A stretch of DNA of 26,030 nt, taken from positions 1 through 26,030 of the forward strand of contig JAODGV010000011.1 of NCBI GenBank assembly GCA_025464425.1. The letters are read 5' to 3'. A program made the translations under genes and the position numbers. Position 1 is the first letter of the stretch; every line of letters starts with the position of its first letter. This document shows, one piece after another, positions 25,058 through 26,030 of this stretch. A model generated the notes under the pieces. The model ran no database searches and was not told the DNA's origin. It worked only from the letters and a program-made list of their open reading frames with translations. This stretch comes from Methanosarcinales archaeon. GTDB taxonomy: Archaea; Halobacteriota; Syntropharchaeia; Alkanophagales; Methanospirareceae.

Positions 25058-26030
25058 ATGCGTGTGGCTTACCGTTTATGATCGTGTACCTGACCGTGCC
25101 GGGGAATTCGTAGCCCTCAAAGGGAGACCATCCGCACTTCGTTCTCAATTGCTCTGCGCTGATCTTCACACGCCTGCGCTCTAAAATCGTCAGATTCGCT
25201 CGTTTGCACTCCTCTATACTGCCTCTGTCCGTGAGTGCGAGGAACTTCGCGGGGTTGTGTGCGCATGTCATCGCTATCAGTGAGGGGTGCACACCCTGGC
25301 TGAATATAAGCCATGAAGCGAAATTACCGAAGGTATCGAGGTTTGGTACACCCGCAGGCGCTTCTAATACATCAAGTGCTTTTTCATCACGTGTGTGGGG
25401 TGCATGATCGCTCACGAGGAAGTCTATTTCGCCACGCCTGAACGCATACAGGAGCAGCCGCCGATCTAATTCTGTCCTGAGTGGCGGATTTGTCTTCAAA
25501 AAGCCTTTACGCACTTTCAGGTCCTCACGGGTGAAGAATAGATGATGTGGTGTCACCTCACAGTGGATACTTGCATTGCTCTTTATCATCGCCAGGGAGT
25601 CATAGACGGAGATATGGGCGATATTGGTCGTGCGAGGTGGCGTGCATGTAAGAACTCTTCTTATCGCTATTAGCTCAGCCTGAGGTGGTCGCAGCCATGA
25701 ATGGAGCTCTTCATCCACCGCTGCTCCTGGCTCTCTCCTCCTGCTATCTATGAGTGCCTGTTCCTCACAGTGCACCACAAGTGGTCTGGATCCAACCGCT
25801 CTGATTGCCTCTGGTAACCGTTCAGTACTTATACGTAAAGAATCACTGAGGAATATCTTGTAGCCTATCGCTTCTTTATCCATATCAGCCACCTCTTTCA
25901 GGTTGGTCCCGGTAACCAGCCCGTAGAAGAATATGTCAATCCCTGCTTTCTTTCGTGCGAGCTCTTTCCTGGCGCGCAATCGCGAGGCATTTATACCGGG
26001 CAGCGGTGTATTTGGCATGTCCACAACGGT
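25032..26030 (-). CDS. pyrC: Dihydroorotase (cyclic amidohydrolase family); N-terminus lies beyond the right window edge
   Basis: The frame is open to the edge (TVVDMPNTP). GYKIF, VHCEE, AHIS, CEVTPHHL, KTNPPLR, SDHAPH and KCGWSPFEG motifs. Confidence 0.87.
   Translation of the reverse strand, partial: TVVDMPNTPLPGINASRLRARKELARKKAGIDIFFYGLVTGTNLKEVADMDKEAIGYKIFLSDSLRISTERLPEAIRAVGSRPLVVHCEEQALIDSRRREPGAAVDEELHSWLRPPQAELIAIRRVLTCTPPRTTNIAHISVYDSLAMIKSNASIHCEVTPHHLFFTREDLKVRKGFLKTNPPLRTELDRRLLLYAFRRGEIDFLVSDHAPHTRDEKALDVLEAPAGVPNLDTFGNFASWLIFSQGVHPSLIAMTCAHNPAKFLALTDRGSIEECKRANLTILERRRVKISAEQLRTKCGWSPFEGYEFPGTVRYTIINGKPHAFTAVSDAL

Overview
Archaeal chromosomal segment, mostly housekeeping. 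Archaeal-type TpiA, MetAP-II, LeuRS, Pth2, FtsZ2, DUF106, EndoQ, initiator tRNA (A1-U72) and RNase P RNA identify it as euryarchaeal. The Hdr-type module, crotonase and PAS-rich signalling genes suggest a Methanomicrobia/ANME-1/Syntrophoarchaeum-like organism, but this is inference only. It holds 25 CDS (two truncated by the window edges), tRNA-iMet(CAT) and an RNase P RNA that the ORF track misses. I found no CRISPR array, transposase, integrase or rRNA. Most notable: (1) an 884-aa single-chain fusion of a GltD/NfnB-like NAD(P)H-flavin module to a complete HdrD-like module, a candidate NADPH-linked heterodisulfide/persulfide reductase, translationally coupled to a bacterial-type XPB helicase; (2) a compact ~270-nt RNase P RNA that keeps P8 and P9 but has lost P6/P16/P17; (3) a wHTH-PAS-GAF-PAS / REC / membrane histidine-kinase operon; (4) repeats around slyD whose 3' UTR can base-pair with its own Shine-Dalgarno. 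All family assignments come from motif recognition and recall; no database search was run.
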